DNA of 64,000 nt, taken from Squalus acanthias. Taxonomy: Eukaryota. Every line of letters starts with the position of its first letter. Within the stretch, counting starts at the first letter, position 1. Below are positions 1-12,234 of the stretch, piece by piece. Under the pieces are notes generated by a model, which saw only the letters and a list, made by a program, of their open reading frames with translations, had not been told where the DNA came from and ran no database searches. The position numbers and the translations under genes were made by a program. The stretch covers positions 151,592,001-151,656,000 of the forward strand of contig CM059432.1 of NCBI GenBank assembly GCA_030390025.1. The letters run 5' to 3'.

Positions 1-433
1 ATAAACACTGACTTAGACCAGAAATGGCCGAATGGCCTGTTTCTGTACTGTAAATTCCATGTAATCTGATTTGAGAAGTTCCTGGATTACTTGGTTATCA
101 AAATTCATTTTCTCCTTCTCCCTCCGCCACTGCCATCATAACACTTATTTCTTTTGAGATGCCAGTTTCTACTCCTTTCATCCCCACCTGACACGTTAAA
201 TACGACTTTTTGACCTAATGCTCATTGACAGGGTCAACCTCTGACCATTCCTCAGACATCATTTACTATTCTTTGCCCCCCGACCCCCAAATCTACTATC
301 ATCACCTCTCCCTTTATAAATAGCTTATCCACAATTCCTCTGACCACTGCTACAACTCTCCTTTCCACTTCCTCTCAAAGTGTTGTGTACATCATCACCA
401 ACTCTGTGCCCACCTTTTCCATTGCTCCCTGTT

Positions 434-2330
434 CAACAACAACTTGTATTTATATTGCACCTTTAACGTAGTAAAGCGTCCCAGGGCGCTTCACAAGAGG
501 ATTATAAGACATAAAAAAATTGACACCGAGCCACATAAGGAGAAAATCGGGCAGGTGACCAAAAGTTTGGTCAAAGAGCTAAGTTTTAAGGAGCGTCTTA
601 AAGGAGGAAAAAGAGGTGGAGAGGTTTAGGGAGGGAATTCCAGAGCATAGGGCCGAGGCAACAGAAGGCATAGCCACCAATGGTTGAGCGATTTATAATT
701 AGGGATGCTGAAGAGGGCAGAATTAGAGGAGCGCAGATATCTCGGGGGTGGCGGGGGGAGGTTGTCGGGCTGGAGAAGATTACAGAGGTAGGGTGGGGCG
801 AGGCCATGGAGGGATTTGAAAATGAGGATGAGAATTTTGAAATCAAGTCGTTGCTTAACCGGGAGCCAATGTAGGTCAGCAAGCACAGTGATGATGGGTG
901 AATGGGACTTGGTGCGAGTTAGGACATGGGCAGGCGAGTTTTGGATGACTTCAAGATGGATGTTGTTAGGGAGGTGGAAATGGGCGGTCTTAATTATGCC
1001 GCGCATATGTGGTTGGAAGCTCATTTCAGGGTCAAATATGACACCAAGGTTGCGAACATTGTGGTTCAGCCTCAGACAGATGTGAGGGAGGGATGGAGTC
1101 AGTGGCTAGGGAACAGAGTTTGTGGCTGGGACCGAAAACAATGGCTTCGGTCTTCCCAATATTTGGAGAAAATTTCTGCTCATCCAGAACTGGATGTCGG
1201 ACAAGCAGTCTGACAATTTAGAGACTGTGGAGGGGTCGAGAAAAGTGGTGGTGAGGTCGAGCTGGGAGTCGTCTGCGTACATGTGAAAACTGCCGATGTG
1301 TTTTCGGATGATGTCGCCAAAGGGCAGCATGTAGATGAGAAATAGGAGGGGGCCGTGGATAGATCCTTCGGGGACTCCAGAGGTAACGATGTGGGAGTGG
1401 GAAGAGAAGCCATTGCAGGTGATTCCCTGGCTACGATTAGATAGATAAGAATGGAACCAGGCGAGTGTAGTCCCACCCAACTGGACGACAGTGGAGAGGC
1501 GTTGGAGAAGGATGGAGTGGTCAAACATGTCAAAGGCTACAGACAAGTCAAGAAGGATGAGGAGATAGTTGATCTTTGTCACAGTCACAAAGGATGTCAT
1601 TTGTGACAATGCCCGCTAACATGGGAGCCAGAAAAGGAAGTTTGGTGGGAATAGAGTTGAGGGAACAGGAAGTGGGTCTCGTGGAAACGATGAGCACGGA
1701 GAGGTCATGAGGGGAGATCGGAGAGAAACTGGAGAAAGATGCGAGTTCAGGGCTAGGGCAGGGGGGAACCTTAGAGGAAGTTTGGCCCGGTGGGCTAGGC
1801 GAAGGAAGGGAAGTGGCAGAGGCAGCTGAACTGATGGTCTCAATCATAGAGACAGAAGTCCATGAGCTCCTCACACCTGTTGTCGGAGATGAGGGTGGAG
1901 GAGACAGAGGAGAGGGGTTTAACAAGGCGGTTAGCAGTCGAGAATAGAAGCCGGGGTTTATCTTATAGTGAGCAATTTTGGCAGATGAGAGCAGGACCCG
2001 TTATGCTTTATGTGGTTCAGCCAGATCTGGCGGTAAATGGCTAACCAGTTTTCTACCATGTCCGTTCAAGTCTGTGTCCCTTGGACTCAAGGGAGCGAAG
2101 ATGAGGGCCGTACCAGGGGGAATGGCCAGGGTGAGAGTAATTATTTTAATAGGGACAAGGGCATCAAAAGTGGTGGTGAGAGTGTGGTTGAGCAGATCGG
2201 AAGCCCGTCTGTGTTTTTGGTCCTATTCGCAGCACGAGTAACAACTTGTCAAAGTCACCAATTGCATCCTGTCACTGTGACTGCAGACAAAATTCATCCT
2301 CTTGGATTCCTACATAATCCCCAACTCATG
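434..2330 (-). mobile_element. L2-type LINE, 3' portion, decayed
   Basis: Minus-strand RT remnants LLILLDLSVAFD, GVPEGS, YADDSQL (1106-1609) and LHWLPVKQRLDFKIL (626-1024); (TTG)n tail, seen as caacaacaac at 434. Confidence 0.85.
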
Positions 2331-2351
2331 CAGAACTCTGCATTCAATCAC

Positions 2352-2455
2352 ACACAAAAACAGAAAATGCTGGAAACATTGAGCAGGTCAGTCAGCATCT
2401 GTGGAGAGAAAAAATAAGTTAATGTTTCAAATATAGACCCATCATCATAACTGTT
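2352..2455 (-). mobile_element. Decayed Penelope-derived short element (same family as 17040-17135 and 41207-41332)
   Basis: Reverse complement reads ...TGATGA..GGGTC...GAAACATTAACT...CTCTCCACAGATGCTG.CTGACCTGCT, alignable by eye to the other copies. Confidence 0.6.
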
Positions 2456-3694
2456 TCCTTATTAACCTTCACTGTATCGACTGCTTCCCTTGGAAAGTGC
2501 CTTGGGACATTTTGTTACATGAAAGGTACTGTATGACTTGTTATGAAATGAGTTGCAAGTAGAAATGGAATTCTGGTTCGAGTGGGGAATAGTTAAGAAT
2601 AAGTGTTCGAAGGAACAGACAGTTTTTAGATGTTTTCCACTTCAAAGAGATCAGAATGGAATCTTAATTTATAAAATTCAACTATTTCTGGCAATAAGAA
2701 AGGAAGCTAGTCCATGTGTGATGCTTTAGGTAAATTGTATTTGCTCACTGAAAGCACACTGAGACAATGATCTGAATCATATAGCATAGGTAGCGCCTCA
2801 AAGGCGTGAGTCTGGAGAAACAGCTAAGATTGTATGATTTACTGTGTTCCTGTCTTGTTACTTTGGATCTTATGATGTAATGAATCTAAATTTGGTGTTA
2901 GTTATTTGGTTAATGTACTTTAAACTTAACTTGAAATATTGCAGAAGAGTCCAAAAGCTGGTTTCATAACTTGTGTGTGGATTGGAAAAAGACTGCTATT
3001 GTTCTGGAAATTGAAACTCCTGATTGCCTTCAGCAAAACCTGCATGAAGTTAGTTTCTACAAAACTGTACATTGTTTAGTATAAACCTCTGATACAATTG
3101 TACACCTCTGATCTTAAAAAAAACTTTGGATAGTATGATCGGAAAATCTTTGGGTTTTTTTCTATAAGAAAGTGCATTTCATGACCTCAGGATGTCCCTA
3201 AACACTTCACAACCAATGACTTACTTTGAAGTGTAATCACTTTTGTAATGTGGGGAAACATGGCAACCAATTTGCGCACAGCAGAGCCCACAAACTAGAA
3301 TGAGATGATCTACTTGTATAAGCAATGCCGGTTGAGGGATAATTGTTGGCTGGGACATCGGGAGAACTCCCATGCTTTTCTTCAAATAATATCCTGGTAT
3401 CTTTTACTCCACCTGAGGGGGCAGATGATGCCTGTGTTTAACACGGGTGGGCAAAATACAGCCCGCGGGCCATATCCGGCCCACTGGACGGGACAGAAAT
3501 AGAACGCGAACTGGAGCGCGAGCTGCACATTAGTCAATTTCACTTCTTGTGGGTCAGATACAAACTCGAACTGCAGCCAGGGAAAACACACTAAAATACT
3601 TTAATTCAATTTATCAGTTCCTAAAAGCGATTCTCCCTGGCCCGATCTTGGAAGGATTCGTTCCACGATTCTGGACTCCAATGGCAAATGTCCG

Positions 3695-3710
3695 TACCCA
3701 GAATGCACTG
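3695..3710 (+). promoter_or_regulatory. ZNF143/Staf-like binding motif upstream of the captured TPP2 ATG
   Basis: TACCCAGAATGCACTG closely resembles the Staf/ZNF143 consensus (TACCCACAATGCATTG-like), 31 nt before the ATG in a CpG-containing stretch. Confidence 0.45.
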
Positions 3711-3741
3711 GAATACGCCCTATCGATTTTAGAGTCGAGTC

Positions 3742-3882
3742 ATGGCTGCTTATCTCCATGACTCTTGTACCGAAGAGACCGGCGCTGCATCTTTCCTCTC
3801 CCGGTACCCAGAGTATGACGGCAGGGGAGTTCTCATTGTCATCTTAGACATGGGAGTGGATCCCGGGGCACAAGGACTCCAG
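3742..3882 (+). pseudogene. TPP2: Transposon-borne copy of tripeptidyl-peptidase II exon 1 (47 codons, open frame, ends at a GT donor)
   Basis: MAA...[36 protein letters not shown]|gtaatg matches the TPP2 N-terminus ([36 protein letters not shown]), including the catalytic-Asp subtilase motif. The N-terminal segment is scrambled and no further TPP2 exons were seen. Confidence 0.9.
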
Positions 3883-5092
3883 GTAATGGTGCGCGATAAT
3901 AGATACTGTGCATGCTCTCATTGCTTAGAGAGCAGATTGTTTAGTCTGCCATAATTTTTGTGGTCAAAATTGTTTCTGGCGTAATGGAGGGCTCTTCATT
4001 TCAACCTTGCTGTAGCTTGGGGACCGTGATGTGGGTTTATTTTTGTTTGCTGGGTCAGTGTTCATGCTAATTGGAACATCTGTTGAGCCTGGACTGTGCT
4101 GGGCTGATAAAGGGTTTTGTGCACTGAATTATTTTGAGAATAGCCTTGTACAGAGGAAGCCTTGAAATCAGATTGCAAAATAAGGGACAATGGATACCTG
4201 CATGGGGTACTGGAAATAACATGGCAAACGGCCAGCTGCACAGTCAAACATGTAACCCCTGTATGCTTTCAGTGCAAATGTAGCTTGTTGGTTTCAAAAG
4301 CTCTTACTCAGGGGTGGCCAATTATTTGGGCTGGAGGGCCACTTGACAATACTGCACACGCAGTATCTCTTCCAGCGGCAGGAGCTAGTGAGCGGCCTGC
4401 GTGGGACCTTGCGATTGGAGCGCGGCTACGCACCTTAGGGGGAACATTATTGTGCGGCCCTCAACAGCTCACCAAAACTTGTTATTGGCCCTCCAGCCCA
4501 AATAATTGCCCACCCTTGGTTTAACATCTCATCAGGACCAAAATATTTCATGAACCCACTGGTAGAGAAGATTGAGCTGAATGGAGGCTATGTTAATGTC
4601 TTTTTTTAATTTGTTGATGGGTTGTGAGTGTCGCTGACGGTCACCAGCAGCATTCAGCAAGATTTCAAAGGGAGGATGTTTCCTTTTCTTGTTAAGTAGC
4701 TTCTTAAATTAGGTTTTCAAAAACAAGTATAAATACTTCGACTTGTGTAGTGCCTGTGTTAAAGGGGTGTTACTTTGTAAATTGGTTTTTCCCATGGTCG
4801 TGTCTATTTGCAGCACCAAATTTCTGATTGGTCCCCTTGGAGTACAAGACACACCCAATAGTTTGTCTGGAATGTGTAATTTGATCCTGCTTGCTGAAGT
4901 AATCAAGATCTTTGCAAAGTGTAATTTGATCCATTCATTGTCACAGCCAGACTCCAGAGCTCACAGTGCTAACACTGCTGCTTTTAGAGAACAGACAGGG
5001 TTAGGAGTGCTCACACTGCTGAGTTCGGATAGAAAGGCCATGGAGGGATTTTAACACGAGGAAGAGAATTTTAAAATCAAGATATTGGTGGA

Positions 5093-5284
5093 CAATGTTC
5101 CCCCTAATTTTCTTTTGGGTGTGTGGTCTTATGTTCTTATGTCTTATGTTCTTATTGGTCCCTGTAATGGGCTGCACGGCCCATTCAGAATTTCGTGCGT
5201 GCACAAATTCTTCCATTCAAAAGCCGACAAGCGGCCTGCACGGGACCTCCAGACATGCGGCCATGTGGCTTAGTGGGAACATTG
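5093..5284. mobile_element. hAT-type MITE (192 bp) inserted in an L2 fragment (~5020-5460)
   Basis: TIRs CAATGTTCCC...GGGAACATTG; perfect 8-bp TSD TTGGTGGA (5085-5092, 5285-5292). Confidence 0.85.
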
Positions 5285-6449
5285 TTGGTGGACCATGAGC
5301 CAGTGTAGGTCAACAAACGTGGGTGAATGGGACTTGCTGCATGTTTGGTAACGTGCAGCAGAGTTTTAGATGAGCTCAGGTTCATTGAGGGTGGAAGATG
5401 GGAGGCTGGCCAGGAGAACATTGGAATAGTCGAGTCTGGCAAATAACACAAACGTAATGTCAAGTATGTTGTAGGACCAACACAATACGCTCTCATTTTA
5501 AAAACTTCATTTATTTATTGCTCATCCCTAGTTGCCCTTGAGAGGCTGCCTTCTTGAACTGCTGCGGTCTGGCGGGGTGGGGGAAGGAGAGGGAGAACAT
5601 GGTGCAGGTGTAAAGTGGGTAGGGGTGGAAGAACATGATTCAGGCCTAACAGAGCGGGAGAACGTGATCTAGCTTCCCATCTGGATCACGTTCTTGCTCT
5701 CATTCCTCCCCCCCCCCCCCCCCCCCCCCCACATCCACTGTGCTCTCCCCTCCCTCCCTCCTTCCCCGAAGGTCCTGACCTTCTCCCCCAGAAGGTCCTA
5801 TCCCCGCCCTTCCAATCCCCTGACCTCCTCTGCACCGAGCCGAGGAAAGCATGCTGGTGCAGGCCGCAGCCGCCGCACCGTTTAGTACTGCACATGTGCA
5901 ACAGGATCGAGTGTGCATGCGCAGTACTAAATGGGGGCGCATGCGCAGAGGGACCAGAATATCGTAGAAATAATTGGTGTTTTGTCATTCAATGTAGAAT
6001 CAGAATTGTTGACAGGAAATTTGTTCACGTGTCAGACATAAGTCATTTAATTTTGATGGTTGTTTCGTATGCATAAAAGCTGACATTGACCTGTTGTAGT
6101 TGATGTTTGAAGTGCTAAACCACTTCAGATCCCAAACAATGAGATGGTCCATGATGCTGTGATTTAATGACTGTCTTAAAAGTGTTGGGGAAAAAAATGA
6201 AACCTGAGGATCTTTGTGAGCACCAGTTCTGCTTGAACTTCTGGAGATTTGCGCAGACACACAAACTCCCCAAGCGTTTGACGTGGATTTCCTGTAAGAA
6301 ACTGCAGTTTGATGTGTTCCATGAAGCGATCTGAAATGATCTGGAAGAAGTATTTGAACTTTTTTTTTAAAACTGGAGAAAGCCTGAAATGGATCAATTA
6401 TACTTATGGACTATACATTATATTTATTATGCAGTATTGTATTTACTTA

Positions 6450-6780
6450 TAACAACAACAACTTGTATTTATATAGCGCCTTTTAACGTAGTAAAATGTC
6501 CCAAGGCGCTTCACAGGTATGTTGAAAGACACAAAATTTGACACCGAGCCACATAAAGAGAAATTAGGGCCGGTGACCAAAAGCTTGGTCAAAGAGGTAG
6601 GTTTTAAGGAGCGTCTTAAAGGAGGAAAGAGAGGTAGCGAGGCGAAGAGGTTTAGGCAGGGAATTCCAGAGCTTTAGGCCTAGGCAACAGAAGACACGGC
6701 CACCGATGGTAGAGTGATTATAATCAGGGATGCTCGAGGGCAAAATTAGAGCAGCACAGATATCTCGGGGTGGGGGTTGT
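6450..6780 (-). mobile_element. L2 3' end
   Basis: Nearly identical to 434-760, including the aacaacaac tail. Confidence 0.8.
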
Positions 6781-6906
6781 TATACTTAATATATAACGAT
6801 AACTACTTGCATTTATATAGCACCTTTAATATAATAAAATGTCCCATGGTGCTTCATAGGAGCTTAATCAGACAGAAATTGACACCAAGCCAAAAAAAAA
6901 GATATT

Positions 6907-7622
6907 GGGCCATAATTTGCTATGGCAGGGCATCTAACGGTGTCAGCCGTTAGTTAGTCTTGCCCTTGCACGTTTGCGTTTTTAGTTTTTTTTTGCGTAG
7001 CAGGTTGCTGTAAGTGCAAGCTGATGATGGCACAGCTGGAACCCGAGTGAACAGGGTGAGCAACTCATTAAGCAATCCGATTGAAGGATTGTGAAATAAA
7101 CAGCTCAAGGACTGAGAAGGAAGTGTAAATGAGAGTGGGTGAATTTAATGTCAAATCAGGTACACAAAGAGAGGGATAGAAAGATTGGATTGAGAGAGAG
7201 AGAGAGGGAGGAGAAAGAGCGACAAACAAAAAGTACATTTTTAATTTTTTTTACATTTTAAAAATCTCCAACTACAATTAAAACCTGAAGGAATGAGACT
7301 CCACACTTGAGGTTGACTGGTAATTAACACTTATCACATCGTTAAAACTTACACTTGAAATGACTTGACTTAACTTTTCTGTGACGAGTTTAGTTTGTAC
7401 CCACCACACACATACAGCAACTTAATGCCATTCAATACATTTCAATGGTGAGGCAGACAGTGAGATGGCATTTTCGCAAGTGGCGCCACTCGGACAGCAA
7501 CTTTAGAATTATTTTGAGTTTAACCGTGCTTCTGCCCCATACCTGAAGTTGCTGTACCATTTGCACATAAATAACAGCGAGTGCCATCAGCCTCACCGTT
7601 ATTTTGACACCAAAATCTGGTT
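6907..7622. mobile_element. Harbinger-like non-autonomous element, copy 1
   Basis: Starts GGGCCATAATTTGC and is colinear with 8173-8888 along its length (shared GA-rich centre); interrupts an L2 fragment; right TIR eroded. Confidence 0.55.
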
Positions 7623-7969
7623 GGGGGGGGTGCGGTGGGAGGCAGCGGGGGTTGTAAAGCTGGAGGAGGTTACAGCGATAGGGATAGGCAAGGTCATGAG
7701 AGGATTTGAACATATGAGTGAGAATTTAAAAATTAATTTTTAAGCTAATATAAAGCTGGTATAGCATGTGGTACATTTTCTGCCTTTAGAAATACTGAAG
7801 ATGTTGGCATCAGGCATAAATCCCTAATAATGTTGTCAAGTCCCAAATCAATAGCAATCTTAGCCACAACTCTGTTTGTTTGTATCTCTCCAGTCAGCTT
7901 TCCATCCCTGCTGCACCACCAAAATGGCCCTAATTGCAGTCACAAATTATATCCTCTGTGACTAACCTC

Positions 7970-9800
7970 CAATGCCTCTCCTCCATTGTCCAGCTCAGTG
8001 GGACTACCCTCACTTGGTTCCATTCTTACCTATCCGATTACAGCCAGAGCATCACCAGCAACAGTCGCCCCCCCCCCCCCCCCCAAACCCACTCCCCTCA
8101 TTACCTCCTAAGTGCCCCCAAGGATTTATCCCTGGGCTCCTCTAATACCTACTTGCCGTCCCTTAACAACATCGGCACAGAATTTGCTGGAGCGAGGCAT
8201 CTCGCGGTGTGTCCTGTTAGTCAGACTTGTTCATCCACCCTTCAGCTCAAAAATGTTTGCTCACAAAGTTGCTGGAAGTGTAAACTGATAACAGCATGGC
8301 GAGGGCAACAGGGCATCTGGGACCTTGGTGAACTACAGGAGCAACAGTCTTTTTTCCTTAACCAATGAGATTTAAGGATTGAGAAATAAGTAGAATGACT
8401 GAGAAGGAGGGTGAATTAGAGTGTGGAAATTGATGTCAAATCAGGCACAGAAAGAGAAAGAGAGAGGGAAAGAAAGATCTGATTAAGACAGAGAGAAAAT
8501 AGAGACAGAAAGGAGAAGTAAGATTTTTTTTATTTTTGACATTTTTAAAATCTCCAACAGCAATTCACTACATGCAGGAATGAGTCATTGACAATTATCA
8601 TGTCGTTAATAGGGTGCTTATACTATTCATTACCAGACTTGACTTTCTGTGGCATGTTTAATGGGCAATTGATGTGCAAATCCAGCAACTTCATGAAACT
8701 CACTGGGAGGTTAAGTGCAAGATGCCGTTTTCGCAAAGCTAACGGTGGAGCGGCGCAAATCGTCCAGCAACTTGTGACGAGTTGCAATTCACAGAGTATC
8801 TCTTTCTTGTCACAAGTTGCTGGCTGATTTGCACATTAATAACTGTGCATTGTTTACACGCCATTATTTTTTTTGGCAAATTCCAGCCCATAATCTGCAG
8901 ATGTGGGATCAGCTTTTACATGAATGGTGACCACTCCCACCTGTACCTTTTTTTACCACCTGCTTTCAACCCCTCCATCTGTGCTGTCCGATGCTTGTCT
9001 GACATCTAATCTTGGATGCACTGCAATTTCTTCCACTTAAACACTGGGAAAACTGAAGCCTTTGTCTTCAGCCCTGAAACAAACTCTATCCTTCCTTACA
9101 AGCTCAGCATTCTATTTGACTCTGAGCTGAGCTTCTGATCCCATGTCCTCTCCATCAGAAACACTCTCTACTTTCACCGATGTAACATTGCCCGCCTCTG
9201 GCCCTACGTCCTCTCCTCTGCTGCTGAAACCTTCCTCCATACCTTTGTCACCTCCAGACGCGACCGTTTCCTGGCCAGCCTCCCGTTCTCCACCCTCGAT
9301 AAATTTCGGGCTGTCCAAAACTTTGCTGTGCTTATCCTATCAAACACCAAGTCCCGCTCACCCATTACCCGTGTCCTTGTTGACCTATATTGGGTGCCGA
9401 TCTCAACGCCTCAGATTAAACATTTTTATCCTTGTGTTTCAATCCCTTCATTGCCTTGCCTCTCTCTATTTGTGTAATCTCCTCCAGCCCTGCAGTCCCT
9501 CAGAAGTCTTGGTATCTCTGACTCGGGCCTCTTGTGTGTCCACCTTCGTTTTGTCCCATCATGGTGCAGCCATGCCTTCACCTGCCTAGGCTAGACATTC
9601 TGGAATTTGCTCCCTAAATTCCTCTGCCTCTCCATTATACTTCTACTTTTAGGATCCTTCTTTAAACTCATTTCCTTGACAAAGCTTTTGGTCACACCTC
9701 CTAATAAACTTCTTTGTTGGCTCAGCATCCATTTCTTTGATTACACCTCTCAAATGCTGTGGATGCTTTTCTGCATTTAAAAGCACTTTAAAAATGTAAG
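7970..9800 (+). mobile_element. Old L2 LINE fragment (interrupted by 8173-8888)
   Basis: LSSIVQLSGTTLTWFHSYLS and FQSLHCLASLYLCNLLQP remnants; L2-type 3' end near 9790. Confidence 0.75.
8173..8888. mobile_element. Harbinger-like non-autonomous element, copy 2
   Basis: Imperfect TIRs GGCACAGAATTTGC / GCAAATTCCAGCC and a 3-bp CAT duplication (8170-8172, 8889-8891); interrupts a + strand L2. Confidence 0.6.
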
Positions 9801-10569
9801 TTCCAGTAAGCAATTTATCATAAAACGGCGTAAATTGTTAGACTCAGACTATGCTTAGCTCCGCAAGTCAGCAATCAAAAGATGGAAATCTTGTTTTATA
9901 AGGGATGCCTTCTGCTTACTCAAACTGAGATCAGACTATTTGAGTGAAAAATGGTGCTGCAAACTCTGAACTGTAACAAAAACCATGTTACGTATTATAC
10001 TTAAGACTGGAACGCTCAGCAGAGGAGTACAGTAAGTTCTACTTAAGTTATCATGGTTTGCGTACACCAGTGATACTTGTACAGCTGACGGTTCACAAAC
10101 CTAAATTTAGAACCCTATATTTTCTATACAAAATTGGTAAAGTTCAGTTAAATACAAGAAAAGTGATTGAAACATTGGTATAGTATGGTGGGAGTTTGGT
10201 TTGATCTGTTTTATAATTTTTTTTGTAGTGTCTTACATGACAACATTTGCATTCTCTAACTGAATTAAGTTTGAGAATGTCCTAAGTTCCCTGAACCACA
10301 CAAATCTTTCAGCATTCTCATGGCTGCTTGATATGCTATTTAGGAATGTTAATATGTCAGCTTGTGGTACTTTAACAGATGGTGTTTATGCAATTTTGCA
10401 ACAGCAAAAAATTGTTTCACTCTCCTGTCTTGTAAATGATTTTGTGGTGAACAATGATGAATCTTCATGTCACTATAACCTCTCAAAATTACAAGAAGAA
10501 TCCATCTAATTTATCATACTATAATGATAGCAGGGATGAGAGGATAGAGTTTTGATTCAAAGCTTAAAA

Positions 10570-10962
10570 CTATGGAGCAGCGAAGGTTAAGGCATGATGG
10601 GATAGAAGTGTTAATTTTTTAAAGGGTTTGAGAGGATGCCGAGAGGTTGTTTCCCCTGGCTGGAGAGTCTAGCACTAGGGGGCATAGTCTCAGGATAAGG
10701 GGTCAGCCATTTAAGGCTGAGATGAAGAGGAATTTCTTCACTCAGAGGTTTGTGATTCTTTGGAATTCTCTGCATGCTGAGTCTTCGAGTATGTTCAAGG
10801 CTGAGATGGATAGATTTTTGGACTCTAGGGGAATCAAGGGATATGGGGATCTGGCGGGAAAGTGGAGTTGAGGTTGAAGATCAGCCATGATCTTATTGAG
10901 TGGCGGAGCAGGCTTGAGGGGCCGTATGGCCTACTCCTGCTCCGATTTCTTATGTTCTTATG
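10570..10962 (+). mobile_element. CR1 3' end
   Basis: TRGHSLRI..RNFFTQR motif, 3' stem-loop GGCCGTATGGCC and (TTCTTATG)n tail. Confidence 0.85.
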
Positions 10963-12234
10963 AAGTATGAAAGATTACTTCCACTGGCTGGTGAATGGAT
11001 AGCCAGAAAGCATAAATTCGTTTTTTTTTAAATTTTAGAATATGTAATACATTACAAATGGCTATTAAACCCAATTCAATTGAATAAACCGATGATAAAA
11101 TATGGGGAAAGAGCAGTTAAAAGGAACTAAATGAGGGGCCTCTGGTCTGGAGCTAACAGTGGCACAGACACAATGGGCTGAAATGAGTTTACTCTGAGCT
11201 TACATTTCTACATCTTCCTTTAATTTGAATAACTAGCTCTAATCCCATGATTACCTTTCATTTTGATGCATTAGGGTGGTATTACGAGACTACGTCTTGT
11301 TGTATAGTATAGGGTGCAAGACATGTTAGGTAACTGGGCAATTTGGTCTGCTTCAGCAAGCCACATGCACTCTACCTATTTCCAGTAGTGCAACTAACTT
11401 ATTAAACCATGAATAGTAGTATCTTTTTGGGTGAGTTTGAGGCAGACAATATGAGTGTAGAGCTAAAAACAATTACTGTAGCATGTAAACAACTGAGAAT
11501 TAGGTTTTTGGGGAGAGAAGAACAAAATTACTTGCATTTTAAGCAAGTTTAGTAAAGCAGTTGTTAACGCTTTCATATGTGCGGGCTTGTATCTTTCAGT
11601 GTCAATAAAGTGCAATATTTTTAACCTGAAATCAGTTAGTGATGCCAGCAAATTTGGTGTATTACAGCCCTGGGCAGACAACTTTCATGTTAGCTGGCAA
11701 CCGGACTGCAGTAAGCATCAGAAACTGCAATCTGGGTGTCAGACTACCCTTGAGGAATGCCACAGAAGATCTACCAGTGTATATATATATTTTTTTTGCT
11801 TGTTGCTTCGTTGTAAATTTCTTCTGCGTTGATGATTTAGAATGTTGCTTCCTTCTGAAGATGTTGTAAATTAAATCAAAGTTAACAATTCACTTCTTTG
11901 AACTGCAGTCATTTTTTGAATGTTGCTTTCTATTGGGATAAACATTTCTTGTCACTCAATCTAAAATGTCTGCACGGCATGATATTGATGGGACTAGGGT
12001 GAATGTTTCTGTCTGTATTCGAGTTCTGCTCAAAAATAATTTTGAAGTCGATCACTAGCAGCATCATGGACTCTGAAGTGATTTAATTTATTCAAACTTT
12101 CAGTTTCTTGTATTTTGACTGGTTTTCTTCAGCCAACAAAGAGTTCAATTTTTGTGATGTACACTTTTATAATATCTCACTGCACAATTTTAAACTGTCT
12201 GATTTGAAGGATTTATTTTACTGAAATACAGGCA

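Larger units (their letters stand above)
3444..4518. mobile_element. Non-autonomous hAT (Charlie-like) element carrying a captured host-gene fragment (Pack-TIR-like)
   Basis: 8-bp TSD GTTTAACA at 3436-3443 and 4519-4526. Left end CGGGTGGGCAAAATACAGCCCGCGGGCCATATCCGGCCC resembles MER58/Charlie termini, slightly eroded; right end TTGCCCACCCTTG. No transposase ORF. Confidence 0.75.
3165..4535 (-). mobile_element. DeuSINE-like (SacSINE1/AmnSINE-type) copy split by the hAT insertion at 3444-4518
   Basis: 3165-3443 aligns with 60022-60330, and GTTTAACA|TCTCATC resumes at 4519, matching GTTTAATGTCTCATC at ~60316. Confidence 0.7.

Noticed and set aside
3742..3954. Functional TPP2 gene starting here
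   Set aside because: Only exon 1 is present, its N-terminal part is scrambled, the DTG motif is changed to DMG, it lies inside TSD-bounded transposon ends, and no further TPP2 exons were found.
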